The notes under the pieces: generated by a model
Seen by the model: the letters and a program-made list of their open reading frames with translations, nothing else
Told to the model about the DNA's origin: nothing
The model's database searches: none
Translations under genes and position numbers: made by a program
Assembly: GCA_036517395.1 (NCBI GenBank)
Contig: DATDWN010000010.1
Coordinates: forward strand, 33,922 to 97,921
DNA: 64,000 nt
Source: Minisyncoccota bacterium
GTDB lineage: Bacteria; Patescibacteriota; Minisyncoccia; Phycocordibacterales; DATDWN01
Direction of reading: 5' to 3'
Part shown: positions 46,700 to 55,700 of the stretch, piece after piece
Layout: each line of letters starts with the position of its first letter
Numbering within the stretch: the first letter of the stretch is position 1

Positions 46700-47344
46700 A
46701 TGACAAATACAACAACCTTAAATCGAAAGCTTACTTTGGGAATCGCAGGAATCTTGTCCGTTTTCATGTTTGGTATCGCTTATACTGCTTCTGCTGCGAC
46801 GTTATATCGTCAGTTGCAGTTCGGCATGAGTGGTTCTGATGTTTCAGACCTTCAAGTTTTTCTAGCCAAGGATGTCGCTATCTATCCACAGGGATTGGTT
46901 ACAGGATACTTTGGCAACCTTACAAAATCAGCAGTGGTTAACTTCCAAAATCGAAACGGTATCTCTCCAGTAGGTCGTGTCGGTCCAATAACAATGGCGG
47001 CAATAAATGTCCAGATGGGTAGCGACAGTAGCTCTCCATTTATCGGTGCAGTTTCTGTTAGCACTTCAAATAACTTTGCAACTCTCAACTGGAACACAAA
47101 CGAGAATGCTTCAGCAGTAATCTATTACTCGACTATGCCTATCTCTATGATAGAAGGTAGCCCAACAACAGGAGTGACTATTGGTGGTTCAAGTCTACTC
47201 GTTCACACAGATCTTCGTTCTGTACATTCAGCAAGCATAACGGGATTACAAGCAAACACTACATATTACTTCGTTGTATATGTAAGAGATGGTGCTGGTA
47301 ATGAGAGTATCTCATGGCCTTCAACATTTACTACTGCACAATAA
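46700..47344 (+). CDS. Secreted protein: peptidoglycan-binding (PG_binding_1-like) domain plus Fn3-like domain
   Basis: Signal peptide. LQFGMSGSDVSDLQVFLA...GYFGNLTKSAVVNFQ matches the PG-binding repeat. NTTYYFVVYVRDGAGN matches the Fn3-like repeat. Confidence 0.6.
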   Translation: MTNTTTLNRKLTLGIAGILSVFMFGIAYTASAATLYRQLQFGMSGSDVSDLQVFLAKDVAIYPQGLVTGYFGNLTKSAVVNFQNRNGISPVGRVGPITMAAINVQMGSDSSSPFIGAVSVSTSNNFATLNWNTNENASAVIYYSTMPISMIEGSPTTGVTIGGSSLLVHTDLRSVHSASITGLQANTTYYFVVYVRDGAGNESISWPSTFTTAQ

Positions 47345-47349
47345 ACAAT

Positions 47350-47499
47350 ATGTTAACTACTATAGCGGTTGTACTAGTTATCTTGTGGCTACTTGGGGTT
47401 GTCACGGCACACACTATCGGCGGGTTCATCCACATCTTACTTGTTATAGCAATAATAATAGTTCTGATTAGGGTGATTCGTGGCGAGAAAGTACTATAA
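47350..47499 (+). CDS. Small membrane protein (lmo0937-like, about 50 aa)
   Basis: MLTTIAVVLVILWLLGVV...IHILLVIAIIIVLIRVI. Internal start chosen. Confidence 0.4.
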   Translation: MLTTIAVVLVILWLLGVVTAHTIGGFIHILLVIAIIIVLIRVIRGEKVL

Positions 47500-47606
47500 A
47501 AAGTCACAAAACTAAAGAAAAACTATCGAGTCAAATCGATGGTTTTTCTTTGTAATACTTTTCCCTTTCTGGCGTCTTCATTAATATAAGATTAATAAAT
47601 AATGTA

Positions 47607-47744
47607 CATCCGCACACTAACTTTGGTATGGTTGCATCCAGTCTCAAAATCTAGATGCACATCCCAATTTAGATACAATTTCTAACTTTTGCCTAACTCA
47701 ACATATGGCAACAGGGAGACAATACCAAAGTTAGTGTGCGGATA
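47607..47744. mobile_element. MITE-like element family 1 (inverse orientation)
   Basis: catccgcacactaactttggtat...ggcaacagggagacaataccaaagttagtgtgcggata. Ends 7 bp before the ATG of the 47752 gene. Confidence 0.8.
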
Positions 47745-47751
47745 AAAATTT

Positions 47752-48843
47752 ATGAATAAAATAGCAATTCTAGTCGGTGGCATTATTGTAGTCGCCGCAG
47801 TTATCGGGGGTCTGGTTTACATGAGTCGCGGTAGTGCAGTTGACTCAAACGCCACAACCACACCTTCGATTGCCACAGGTGACACTGGTGGTACAGTGGC
47901 AAACTCACCTCAAGCAGGAGTGCCTACAGTCGTCACAAGTTCAAATGTTTCTCCTACAAACACCACAGCTATCGTAAACGGAAATGTCAATCCTAAAGGT
48001 GCTTTCACCAGCTACTGGTATGAGTTTGGCACAAGCTCTGATTTGGGTAACAAGACTACAAACCAAACACTTGGCTCGGGTTTTGTTCAGATTTCAGCTC
48101 CGGGGTATATCACCGGTCTTTTAAAAAATACCACATACTACTTTCGTCTAGTGGGTGAAAATAAATACGGAAGAGTAGCCGGTACCATATACTCGTTTAG
48201 CACAAGCGAAAATAACCCAGCTCCAGTCGGAAGTGCTCCAATCTCAAAAACAATAGCCGCTTCGGGTATTTCTCGAACGACAGCTAACTTAAATGGAGAA
48301 GTCACACCAAACAAATCCTTCACTTCTGTCTGGTTTGAATATGGCAAGACAGCGGATTTAGGTAACACCACAGCATTTTCTTCTGTCGGAGATGGCAGTA
48401 GCAAACTTACAACCTCAGTATCGCTTTCTGGTTTGGATCCTCTAACTACTTATTACTTTCGCTTGAACGCTCAAAATCAGTTTGGCACAATCAACGGTTC
48501 TATATTGAATTTCAAGACGACAGGTCCAACATCTGCAAAAGCGCCGAGTGTAACAACAGGCAACGCTAGCGCCATCTCGGATTCTGGAGCAACTTTGCAT
48601 GGCACGGTTAATCCTAACTTAGCTGATACGACATATTGGTTTGAATACAGTACGGACTCACTTTTAGGTTCAGTTCTGCTTCAATCGACAGATCCTGTCT
48701 CCTTAGGGGCTGGTAGTAGTCCAATGTCTGTAGACGCTGCCATCACAGATCTCAACTCAAAAACTAATTATTACTTTCGCCTAGTTGCCCAAAATTCTCT
48801 TGGCACTGTTCGTGGTGATAAAGTAACATTTAAAACTAAATAA
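47752..48843 (+). CDS. Secreted protein with four tandem Fn3-like repeats
   Basis: Signal peptide and TM anchor. Repeated (T)TYYFRLVA(Q/E)N...F(K/S)T signature (x3-4). Confidence 0.6.
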   Translation: MNKIAILVGGIIVVAAVIGGLVYMSRGSAVDSNATTTPSIATGDTGGTVANSPQAGVPTVVTSSNVSPTNTTAIVNGNVNPKGAFTSYWYEFGTSSDLGNKTTNQTLGSGFVQISAPGYITGLLKNTTYYFRLVGENKYGRVAGTIYSFSTSENNPAPVGSAPISKTIAASGISRTTANLNGEVTPNKSFTSVWFEYGKTADLGNTTAFSSVGDGSSKLTTSVSLSGLDPLTTYYFRLNAQNQFGTINGSILNFKTTGPTSAKAPSVTTGNASAISDSGATLHGTVNPNLADTTYWFEYSTDSLLGSVLLQSTDPVSLGAGSSPMSVDAAITDLNSKTNYYFRLVAQNSLGTVRGDKVTFKTK

Positions 48844-48858
48844 ATCCGAACACTAACA
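48844..48858. mobile_element. Remnant of family-1 MITE terminus (atccgaacactaac)
   Basis: Matches 13 of 14 positions of the MITE terminus. Lies upstream of yggT-like. Confidence 0.35.
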
Positions 48859-48866
48859 CAAAATAT

Positions 48867-49226
48867 ATGGACTCATCATACACTTCCTCAAGTACGAAAC
48901 CACTTTACCGAGGCACGCAGATTGTTTGGTACATACTGGGCATTATAGAGGTTCTCCTAGCCTTCCGCTTCATCCTGAAGCTCTTGGGAGCTAATCCAAC
49001 TGCCGGTTTTACTAGCTTCATATACGGCGTGACTTATGTTTTCGCGGAGCCTTTCCTAAACGTATTTCGTGTTACTCAAGTTTCAGGAAGTACTCTGGAG
49101 TGGACTACACTCCTTGCTATACTTGTTTACTGGGTAATAGCTGTTGGTATTATCAAACTCTTTCTCATGGGTAAAACAGTTTCTACGCCAGAAGCGGCTG
49201 CTAAATTAAATAGTCAGGAAAAATAA
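48867..49226 (+). CDS. YggT-family membrane protein
   Basis: WYILGIIEVLLAFRFILKLL and FAEPFLNVFR match YggT/Ycf19 motifs. Confidence 0.6.
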   Translation: MDSSYTSSSTKPLYRGTQIVWYILGIIEVLLAFRFILKLLGANPTAGFTSFIYGVTYVFAEPFLNVFRVTQVSGSTLEWTTLLAILVYWVIAVGIIKLFLMGKTVSTPEAAAKLNSQEK

Positions 49227-49246
49227 AAGAAGAATAAAAGAAAATC

Positions 49247-49729
49247 ATGCAATTATCAGAAATAAAAAGAGCAATAAATGAAAGCCATCCTTATTTGAAG
49301 AATTTTTTCTATATATCTGTTGCTGTTTTTGTTTTTGGTTTTATGGTCTTCTTCTCGGTTTATTTAATCCCCAATACTAAAGTGGTAAAAGCCGAGGTAT
49401 CGGAAAACTCAGTCTCTCTCGGTAAATCTGTTTTAGAGGTGCACATTGCAAACAATGGCATGGTTTATCTGCAGGGTGCTCGCGTTCTTGCCGTATCGGG
49501 AACTACGGTCTTGGTTAGCACCTCATGGAATCACATGGAATTTAAGTGGACCATCCAAACGAACGCGTCGAATTATGGCAAACGTCACTTCGGCACAAGC
49601 TTTCTTGATTCAAAAGGTAAAAGTGGAACTCTAAATGATATTCGTGTAGGAGATTTTATCAGTATTAATGGTCTTCTGGATATGAATTCTAGTGAGGTGG
49701 TTGTAAAGGCTGATGTTGTTAGAATTTAG
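49247..49729 (+). CDS. Hypothetical membrane-anchored protein
   Basis: N-terminal TM helix. 160 aa. Confidence 0.4.
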   Translation: MQLSEIKRAINESHPYLKNFFYISVAVFVFGFMVFFSVYLIPNTKVVKAEVSENSVSLGKSVLEVHIANNGMVYLQGARVLAVSGTTVLVSTSWNHMEFKWTIQTNASNYGKRHFGTSFLDSKGKSGTLNDIRVGDFISINGLLDMNSSEVVVKADVVRI

Positions 49730-49731
49730 TT

Positions 49732-50154
49732 TTACCTAAGCCAGACTTTTATTTCTTCCTGAGCTTCCTCTGGTGTTTCGGATGAGTGCATAACATTATG
49801 TAGAGCTCTGCCTTCTTCTTGACATTTCTCTAGTGTGTCTATGGTGAAATTATCTCTGACAACTTTTTTAATTTCAAGCATTCTAATAATGGCCTTTTCC
49901 CCCATAACCACCATGGCGCAGATGTTATGGTCTTTAATGTAGCTTTTGCTTAAATAGTCAATGATTTGCTCTTCGGTCGCTCCATAATTTCTGGCTTTGA
50001 CATTGTAGTGTTCACGGCACTGTTTTTCGGTCGCAGATATAAATTTTTGTTCAAGTATTAATAAATCGGAGTCTAAAATGTTCTGAATTATGTGTGGCAA
50101 TAACCCTCTCGATATTCCGTCAGGTTTTACCAGAACCAGTGACTTCTCTTTCAT
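49732..50154 (-). CDS. ndk: Nucleoside diphosphate kinase
   Basis: LVLVKPDG, an NVMHSSE motif (NxxHGSD equivalent), and KVWL at the C-terminus. Confidence 0.8.
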   Translation of the reverse strand: MKEKSLVLVKPDGISRGLLPHIIQNILDSDLLILEQKFISATEKQCREHYNVKARNYGATEEQIIDYLSKSYIKDHNICAMVVMGEKAIIRMLEIKKVVRDNFTIDTLEKCQEEGRALHNVMHSSETPEEAQEEIKVWLR

Positions 50155-50409
50155 AATTCAGCATTTTACCATCTATTTTTAGAAAGGCAATATTTCGAGG
50201 TAATGTGCACATGCATTTGGTACTTTTTAATATTAGTATTAATCTCCCGTGTGTTTTGGCACCGCGGGCAGGGTGATCTTGCTGATAATAATTACTTAGC
50301 TCCGCTCGTTGGATACATTTAGAACTCTCGATTGGGCTCAGATTCAGAGAGAACTTGATTACTCAGGATTATTTTTAAAACCCATTTCTTATGCTAAAGT
50401 ATAACAATT

Positions 50410-50880
50410 ATGGATGTTGACGCAAATCATTTTAAAGAGAAAAAATTAGAAGCAGAAGCAATTTACTCTGCTCAAAAGACTATTTATAACCCTTATTTCA
50501 AAACCAACATTGTTTTAAACTCTGACGGTTTCCATCATTTGCAGTTTTCAGCTCGTAGAGAAAGAAATAAAAGAGAGCAATTATTCAAATTTAGTTTATT
50601 ACCATTCGGATTAGAAATTATTAGAAAATCTGGGACAATTCAAGAGTACAGAAAACTATTAACTCCCATTGGTAAGAAATCAGCAGTAGATGGTTCTATA
50701 CCGATGAAAAATGTTGAGTACTGGGGTTTGATAGGAATAGTTGGTCCAAAAGGAATAAAAGTGAGGACTATATTAAGAAGAGTAGGAGATGGCAATATTA
50801 CTTTTTGGAGTGTTATGCTCTATTCAAAAATAAAGAATGGTAATCAAAAACTATTTACAGAAGGTATGGAAGATGAGTAA
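50410..50880 (+). CDS. Hypothetical protein
   Basis: 156-aa ORF. Followed by hairpin caccacccgaaggtggt. Confidence 0.4.
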   Translation: MDVDANHFKEKKLEAEAIYSAQKTIYNPYFKTNIVLNSDGFHHLQFSARRERNKREQLFKFSLLPFGLEIIRKSGTIQEYRKLLTPIGKKSAVDGSIPMKNVEYWGLIGIVGPKGIKVRTILRRVGDGNITFWSVMLYSKIKNGNQKLFTEGMEDE

Positions 50881-51032
50881 ACAAAAACACCACCCGAAGG
50901 TGGTATCTTTGTTATGCCTGCCTTCAGCTTAGGTATTCCTTAGCTGAACGGGGCTTACGCCCACAGGCACATATAGACACTATCATATCTTACATAAAAA
51001 ATCAATGAAGATTGGGGATTTCCTGTGTTTAG

Positions 51033-51593
51033 CTATTTTTTCAAAATTTTAACAATTCCAACCACAGAATTTGCTTTTTTATCAAGGTTTTTGAACTTCC
51101 AAAGATATTCTTCAAGATGAGGAGCCACAGAAGGTTTAGTGTCGTCTACCTTTTCAGCTTTGACTAGTTGTTTTGGGTCATAAAGCACGAGAAGGTCAAT
51201 TCGCAATCTATAACCTCTATCAATCAAGGTATTTTCATAAAATCGTTTTACATCTTCAGCAAATGACTCACTTATGAGTTTTCCATCCTTTATTTCTATT
51301 GTTCCCGCTTGAATATCAGGTTGGTATGCTTCAAACTCTTCGTGGGCAACACCTTTTCTATTCGGGTCGTATTTATCAGTTCCAGTTTTTAAGATAATAT
51401 CCGCCAGTTCATCAAGAGTGTATTGAGGATGGTCGGCAATACTCAAAGCCCGAAGTAAATAACTCCCTACAAAGTTTTCAGATAGTGATTTGTCTATTTT
51501 TGCTCCTACAACAGAATAATCAGGTTGAGTATCCAAAGTGTATTCAGGAATAGAAATTGTGATGATTTTAGGTTGCATATTATTCTTCTTCAA
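51033..51593 (-). CDS. Hypothetical protein
   Basis: 186-aa ORF. Confidence 0.4.
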   Translation of the reverse strand: MKKNNMQPKIITISIPEYTLDTQPDYSVVGAKIDKSLSENFVGSYLLRALSIADHPQYTLDELADIILKTGTDKYDPNRKGVAHEEFEAYQPDIQAGTIEIKDGKLISESFAEDVKRFYENTLIDRGYRLRIDLLVLYDPKQLVKAEKVDDTKPSVAPHLEEYLWKFKNLDKKANSVVGIVKILKK

Positions 51594-51984
51594 TGGAGGT
51601 ATGCATTATCTCTACTACAAAATTTACGAATAAATCAGGTAGGTCAAAATAGCATTCCTTTTCTGACCAACCACCTTCTCTGAACTTTATGTTTTTACTG
51701 ATAGCCCAATTTTCTACCTTCTTAATAACCCCTCTAGGGTCATCAGAGAGAAACGCTATATGAGTTTTTCTTTTAGTATCTAAATCAGGAATGGGCTTTT
51801 CATCCACTTCAACGACTTGAATAGCAAAATGTAATTGCTTTTGACCGACCATTGCCCATTGATAGCCGTTATTTGGTTGGTAGACAACTTCGCAGTCAAA
51901 GATTTTATACATTTCAAGAACATCAGGAAGAGAACCTTTTGTGATGTTTTGAGCATAGTGATGTAGTCGTGGGTCTATTTTCAT
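51580..51984 (-). CDS. Hypothetical protein
   Basis: 134-aa ORF, tightly packed with its neighbours. Confidence 0.35.
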   Translation of the reverse strand: MKIDPRLHHYAQNITKGSLPDVLEMYKIFDCEVVYQPNNGYQWAMVGQKQLHFAIQVVEVDEKPIPDLDTKRKTHIAFLSDDPRGVIKKVENWAISKNIKFREGGWSEKECYFDLPDLFVNFVVEIMHTSIEEE

Positions 51985-51985
51985 A

Positions 51986-52360
51986 TTATTCAGGTCGGCA
52001 GTATATTTCTAATCTGTAACCATTTGGGTCATCAAACCAAATAAATTCTTTATTACCATATTTATCATTCATTATTCCACTATTCTTTATTCCTGAATTG
52101 TTTAGTGTTTGTTCAAACTCTCTTAGCTCTTCCATACTTCTAACTCCAAAAGCAAGATGATTTAAGCTAGTTTTATCTTTGTCTGATTTCTCAAAATCTC
52201 CATAAGCCAGTCCAAAGAAGATTTTTGTCTCTCCAATTTTATAAGCGACTTGTTCCTTGTCTTGTTGTTCGGGTTTACCAAGAAAAGAATTGTAAAACTT
52301 CTCTGTTTCTTCTATATTCTTAATTATTAAGACTATATGGTCTATGAATTTTGGTTGCAT
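51986..52360 (-). CDS. VOC-family (glyoxalase/bleomycin-resistance fold) protein
   Basis: IDHIVLIIKNIEETEKFY...LNHLAFGV...YRLEIY. Confidence 0.6.
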   Translation of the reverse strand: MQPKFIDHIVLIIKNIEETEKFYNSFLGKPEQQDKEQVAYKIGETKIFFGLAYGDFEKSDKDKTSLNHLAFGVRSMEELREFEQTLNNSGIKNSGIMNDKYGNKEFIWFDDPNGYRLEIYCRPE

Positions 52361-52363
52361 AAG

Positions 52364-52912
52364 TTATTTTAGTTCATACTCCCAACCTGCTTTCCAAGCT
52401 TTTGTTTTCCTCCAATCCTCTGCAAGAGCTTCTTTCCAAGTCTTACCCTTAACTAGAACATCAAGTGAAAGTTGCGGTGCTTTATGTCCAACTATAGCAA
52501 CGCTTTTTCCATCATAATTTTGCTTTAGAAATTCAAGGAAGTCAGCTATTCGTGTTTTCACATTCACATAGCTTTCTCCTTCAGGAAATGGCTTTTCAAT
52601 ACACTCTTCTTCCTGCATTGGCTCAACAATATGAGACGAAGCTCCATTTAGTGTTCCATAATTACATTCTCGTAATCTAGCGTCAGGAACGATTTCATAC
52701 ATTCCTTTCCAAGCTAACTCTGCTGATTTAACTGCTCTCTGTAGGTCTGAACAAAAAACAACATCAAAATGCATATCCTGAGTCTTATCTTTCAAGGCAA
52801 TAGACTGGTCTATACCAATTTGAGACAACTCAACATCTTTCCAGCCAGATGAGATTTCCTTCTCATTATCGGTAGTAGTTCCGTGAACAAAGTATGTAAT
52901 TTTTATAGACAT
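52364..52912 (-). CDS. Histidine phosphatase (phosphoglycerate mutase-like) family protein
   Basis: ITYFVHGTTTDNE N-terminal His motif and an internal GHKA-type second His. Confidence 0.55.
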   Translation of the reverse strand: MSIKITYFVHGTTTDNEKEISSGWKDVELSQIGIDQSIALKDKTQDMHFDVVFCSDLQRAVKSAELAWKGMYEIVPDARLRECNYGTLNGASSHIVEPMQEEECIEKPFPEGESYVNVKTRIADFLEFLKQNYDGKSVAIVGHKAPQLSLDVLVKGKTWKEALAEDWRKTKAWKAGWEYELK

Positions 52913-52913
52913 A

Positions 52914-53342
52914 TTATTTTAGTTCAAAATACTTTTCTAAGACATCAAAGTAATCACTGCCATCATCAACTTCTTTATAGTTATTTTTATCTACCCATCT
53001 AAAGTTATTATGCTCCTCGCTTAATTTAACATCTCCTGATACATATTTTGCTCTGAACGCAACAAGATAAACTACTTTTGGATAATTTCTATGAGTTTTA
53101 GGAAATTCGTGATACCAAACCGCAAAAGGATTATAGACTTCAATTTCTAAACCTGTCTCTTCCATCACTTCTCTTTTTAATGACAAGACTAAAGACGAAG
53201 CATCTGCGTCTACAGCTTCGCCTTCCTGAATTTTACCACCCGCAAAGTCCAATCCTTCAACAGGGTCAAATAACACTAGAACTTTTCCGTCTTTTTCAAT
53301 GAAAGCTTTTTGACCGACACAAAACAGTGCATCATTTTTCAT
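52914..53342 (-). CDS. NUDIX hydrolase
   Basis: Nudix box GGKIQEGEAVDADASSLVLSLKREVMEETGLEI. Confidence 0.7.
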   Translation of the reverse strand: MKNDALFCVGQKAFIEKDGKVLVLFDPVEGLDFAGGKIQEGEAVDADASSLVLSLKREVMEETGLEIEVYNPFAVWYHEFPKTHRNYPKVVYLVAFRAKYVSGDVKLSEEHNNFRWVDKNNYKEVDDGSDYFDVLEKYFELK

Positions 53343-53345
53343 ATT

Positions 53346-53687
53346 TTATATTAAATTAAAACCAACCATTTTTACTATAGTATCCAAACTAACCTTATCT
53401 CCATAATAACTTTTGTAGTGATTGAGCATATCCGCTTGGTCTTTATACTTTTCGTGTCCTTCAAAATCGTCCTCTTCTAATTCTTTTAACTTTTTCTCTT
53501 CAACCTTAGTTATTACCGCCTTTGCAAATTCTTCGCTGGTTGATTTATTTACTAGTGAAAGTTTATCACCTTTTTCTAGGTTTTTATCGTCAAATAACCT
53601 CCAAGTTGAAGTTTTCTCTCCTGATAAAACAGGAGCTACTAAGTAAGGCATAAACTTGAGAGTTTTCATACGATTGAATTTTAACAA
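53346..53687 (-). CDS. ASCH-domain protein
   Basis: ASCH pattern with LSGEKTSTWR near the N-terminus. Confidence 0.5.
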   Translation of the reverse strand: MLKFNRMKTLKFMPYLVAPVLSGEKTSTWRLFDDKNLEKGDKLSLVNKSTSEEFAKAVITKVEEKKLKELEEDDFEGHEKYKDQADMLNHYKSYYGDKVSLDTIVKMVGFNLI

Positions 53688-53852
53688 AATGTAAAGTAAA
53701 GTAAAGGATTATGAGTACTATTGAACAGAACTTAGAACGTAGTTACAACCTCTTTATTAACCGAAATACTCTATCGGATTTTTTTAAAGGTTTAGCCCAG
53801 TATCTTGAATATGTATATGAAGTTCCTGTTCTGAAAGAAGTTATGGAAGTAT

Positions 53853-54209
53853 ATGCAAAAGAAAGAAACGAGGATTACTAAGGGTATGTATGACAAGAAA
53901 CAGCAAGAACTTCAAGACCAGTTACAGTTACTTGGAATTGAAATGTCAGAACATCAGAAAGCAGATTATGATTACCAAACCACTGTTGCTACAGTCATAT
54001 CAGTAGCACGAAGAGCAAAAAATATATTTGAAAATAGTTCTGATGTTGCAGGTAAACGAGCATTTTTGAACTACATACTTCAGAACCCGACAGTAAACGA
54101 AAAAAAGCTATATTTTTCAATAGCTTCTCCGTTCAATCTAGTACTAGAACTAGCTGATAACCCTAACTGGCTCCGCGGGCAGGGATCGAACCTGCGACCC
54201 ATCGCTTAA
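53853..54209 (+). CDS. Hypothetical protein; 3' part reads through the antisense of the tRNA, so the true C-terminus is uncertain
   Basis: The ORF overlaps tRNA-Asn by 42 nt. A 56-aa ORF (53711..53881) lies immediately upstream. Confidence 0.25.
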   Translation: MQKKETRITKGMYDKKQQELQDQLQLLGIEMSEHQKADYDYQTTVATVISVARRAKNIFENSSDVAGKRAFLNYILQNPTVNEKKLYFSIASPFNLVLELADNPNWLRGQGSNLRPIA

Positions 54210-54243
54210 CAGGCGATTGCTACTACCACTGAGCTACCGCGGA
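54168..54243 (-). tRNA. tRNA-Asn (anticodon GUU), 76 nt, CCA encoded
   Basis: Reverse complement reads TCCGCGG-TA-GCTCAGTGGTAGTAGC-A-ATCGC-CTGTTAA-GCGAT-GGGTC-GCAGG-TTCGATC-CCTGC-CCGCGGA-G-CCA. 7-bp acceptor stem, GTT anticodon, GGTTCGATCC T-arm. Confidence 0.85.
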
Positions 54244-54350
54244 ATGTTTTATTTTATGAATATTTCACAAGATACTTACCCATAATATCCAAAAATATGT
54301 AATAAAGCAATTAGTTGTTACGGCTTATTAGAGAGTGATATAATACCAAT

Positions 54351-54734
54351 ATGAAAATAAAAATACGTTCAAAAAATTTTGAGATAACGCCGGCCATTTT
54401 TAATTATGTAAATAAAAAAGTTTCATCTCTGGCCAAATTTCTCCATCTCAGAGACGATGCTCTGTCCGAAGTGGAGATAGGCAGAACGACAACTCATCAC
54501 AAATCTGGAGATATATTCAGAGCAGAAATAAATATTTCAGAACCCGGAGCTAAACAAATTCATGTGGCTGCAGAAGAAGCTGACTTGTACACCGCTATTG
54601 ATGTTGTCCGTGATGAAACAGAACGAGCTATCGTTTCAAGGAAAAATAAATATAGGACAATGTTTCGAAGAGGCGCGATAGGAGTGAAAAATATATTAAA
54701 ACGTATTGATCCTAGAAATTTTAGAAGAAAGTAA
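54351..54734 (+). CDS. hpf: Ribosome hibernation promoting factor (YfiA/RaiA family)
   Basis: MKIKIRSKNFEITPAI...EVEIGR...AEINISEPGAKQIHVAAEEADLYTAID. Confidence 0.85.
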   Translation: MKIKIRSKNFEITPAIFNYVNKKVSSLAKFLHLRDDALSEVEIGRTTTHHKSGDIFRAEINISEPGAKQIHVAAEEADLYTAIDVVRDETERAIVSRKNKYRTMFRRGAIGVKNILKRIDPRNFRRK

Positions 54735-54850
54735 TTATAAATTAATCTAATTTATAATTATTCTAATTAACCTAAATAATAACAAAGCACCAATGATCCA
54801 ATTGGGATTTGATTAGGGCAATTAGGATAACTAGGTCAATTAGAAATTTT
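54735..54850. repeat. AT-rich palindromic intergenic repeat family A, copy 3
   Basis: Near-identical to 18244..18370 (ttctaattaacctaaataataac...caattgg.atttg...ggtcaattagaaattttta). Confidence 0.75.
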
Positions 54851-55696
54851 TAGATTTCCTCTCAAATAATCTTTATAATCCATTTCTTTTTTACCCTCTG
54901 GAACAACTCTCTCCAAAACCAGTTGACCATCCTCAATGTGTGCTCGTTTTACTATGACTCTTTTGTCATTGTCGAAAAAATAAGCCGTTGGCCAAACATG
55001 AAAAGCGCGGATTTTTCGCAGATTGATTTCTGCGTCATTGCCTAGATTTATCTCGCCATCTTCTTTTTCTATTTTCTTACACACTGTGGCGCTTTGGTGG
55101 TCCTGTTCTTTGGCTTCAATTTTTCCTTCCACCCACTCTGGCATGATTTCTGCCAACAGTTTTCCACCCTCATGCGCCAGTTTGTTTTCCAAATCAGCTT
55201 CATAGGGAGGCCACTCGGGCGTATCTACTTTTTTCTGTGCAAGTATTGGTCCATGATCCATCTCCGTATCCAGTTTAATTATGCTTACGCCCGTTTCGTC
55301 TTCTTTCAAAATTGCGCTTTTTATTGGCGACGGCCCTCGCAGTTTTGGTAGGAGAGAAGGGTGAAGATTTAGCGTTCCGTGTTTTGAAATATTTAAAACT
55401 GCTTTTGGGATGATTTTTCCATAAGAAAAAACAATAAAAACATCCCATTTTTTTTCGCCCCACTTGGCGGCTAAGCCGCCAAGTGTTTCAGGTTGCGAAA
55501 TCTCGATCTGGTTTTCCTCAGCCCAAATTTTTACAGGAGGGGGAGTCAGTACAAGCCCCCGCCCTTTTGGTTTATCAGGGATTGTCACTATTAACTCCGG
55601 AACAAATCCAGCGACTTTCAATTCATCCAAAACTATCACAGAAAACTCAGTAGTGCCAAAGAAAACCCATTTCAAATTTTGATTGTCGTTTTCCAT
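54836..55696 (-). CDS. fmt: Methionyl-tRNA formyltransferase
   Basis: Formyl-transferase N domain and an SLLPKLRGPSPI motif. Confidence 0.9.
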   Translation of the reverse strand: MENDNQNLKWVFFGTTEFSVIVLDELKVAGFVPELIVTIPDKPKGRGLVLTPPPVKIWAEENQIEISQPETLGGLAAKWGEKKWDVFIVFSYGKIIPKAVLNISKHGTLNLHPSLLPKLRGPSPIKSAILKEDETGVSIIKLDTEMDHGPILAQKKVDTPEWPPYEADLENKLAHEGGKLLAEIMPEWVEGKIEAKEQDHQSATVCKKIEKEDGEINLGNDAEINLRKIRAFHVWPTAYFFDNDKRVIVKRAHIEDGQLVLERVVPEGKKEMDYKDYLRGNLKISN

Positions 55697-55700
55697 TTCC

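Noticed and set aside
53711-54209. Frameshifted pseudogene spanning the ORFs 53711..53881 and 53853..54209
   Set aside because: The second ORF has an alternative Met at 53886, downstream of the first ORF's stop, so two small adjacent genes explain the layout without invoking a frameshift. Only the 3' read-through into the tRNA is doubtful.
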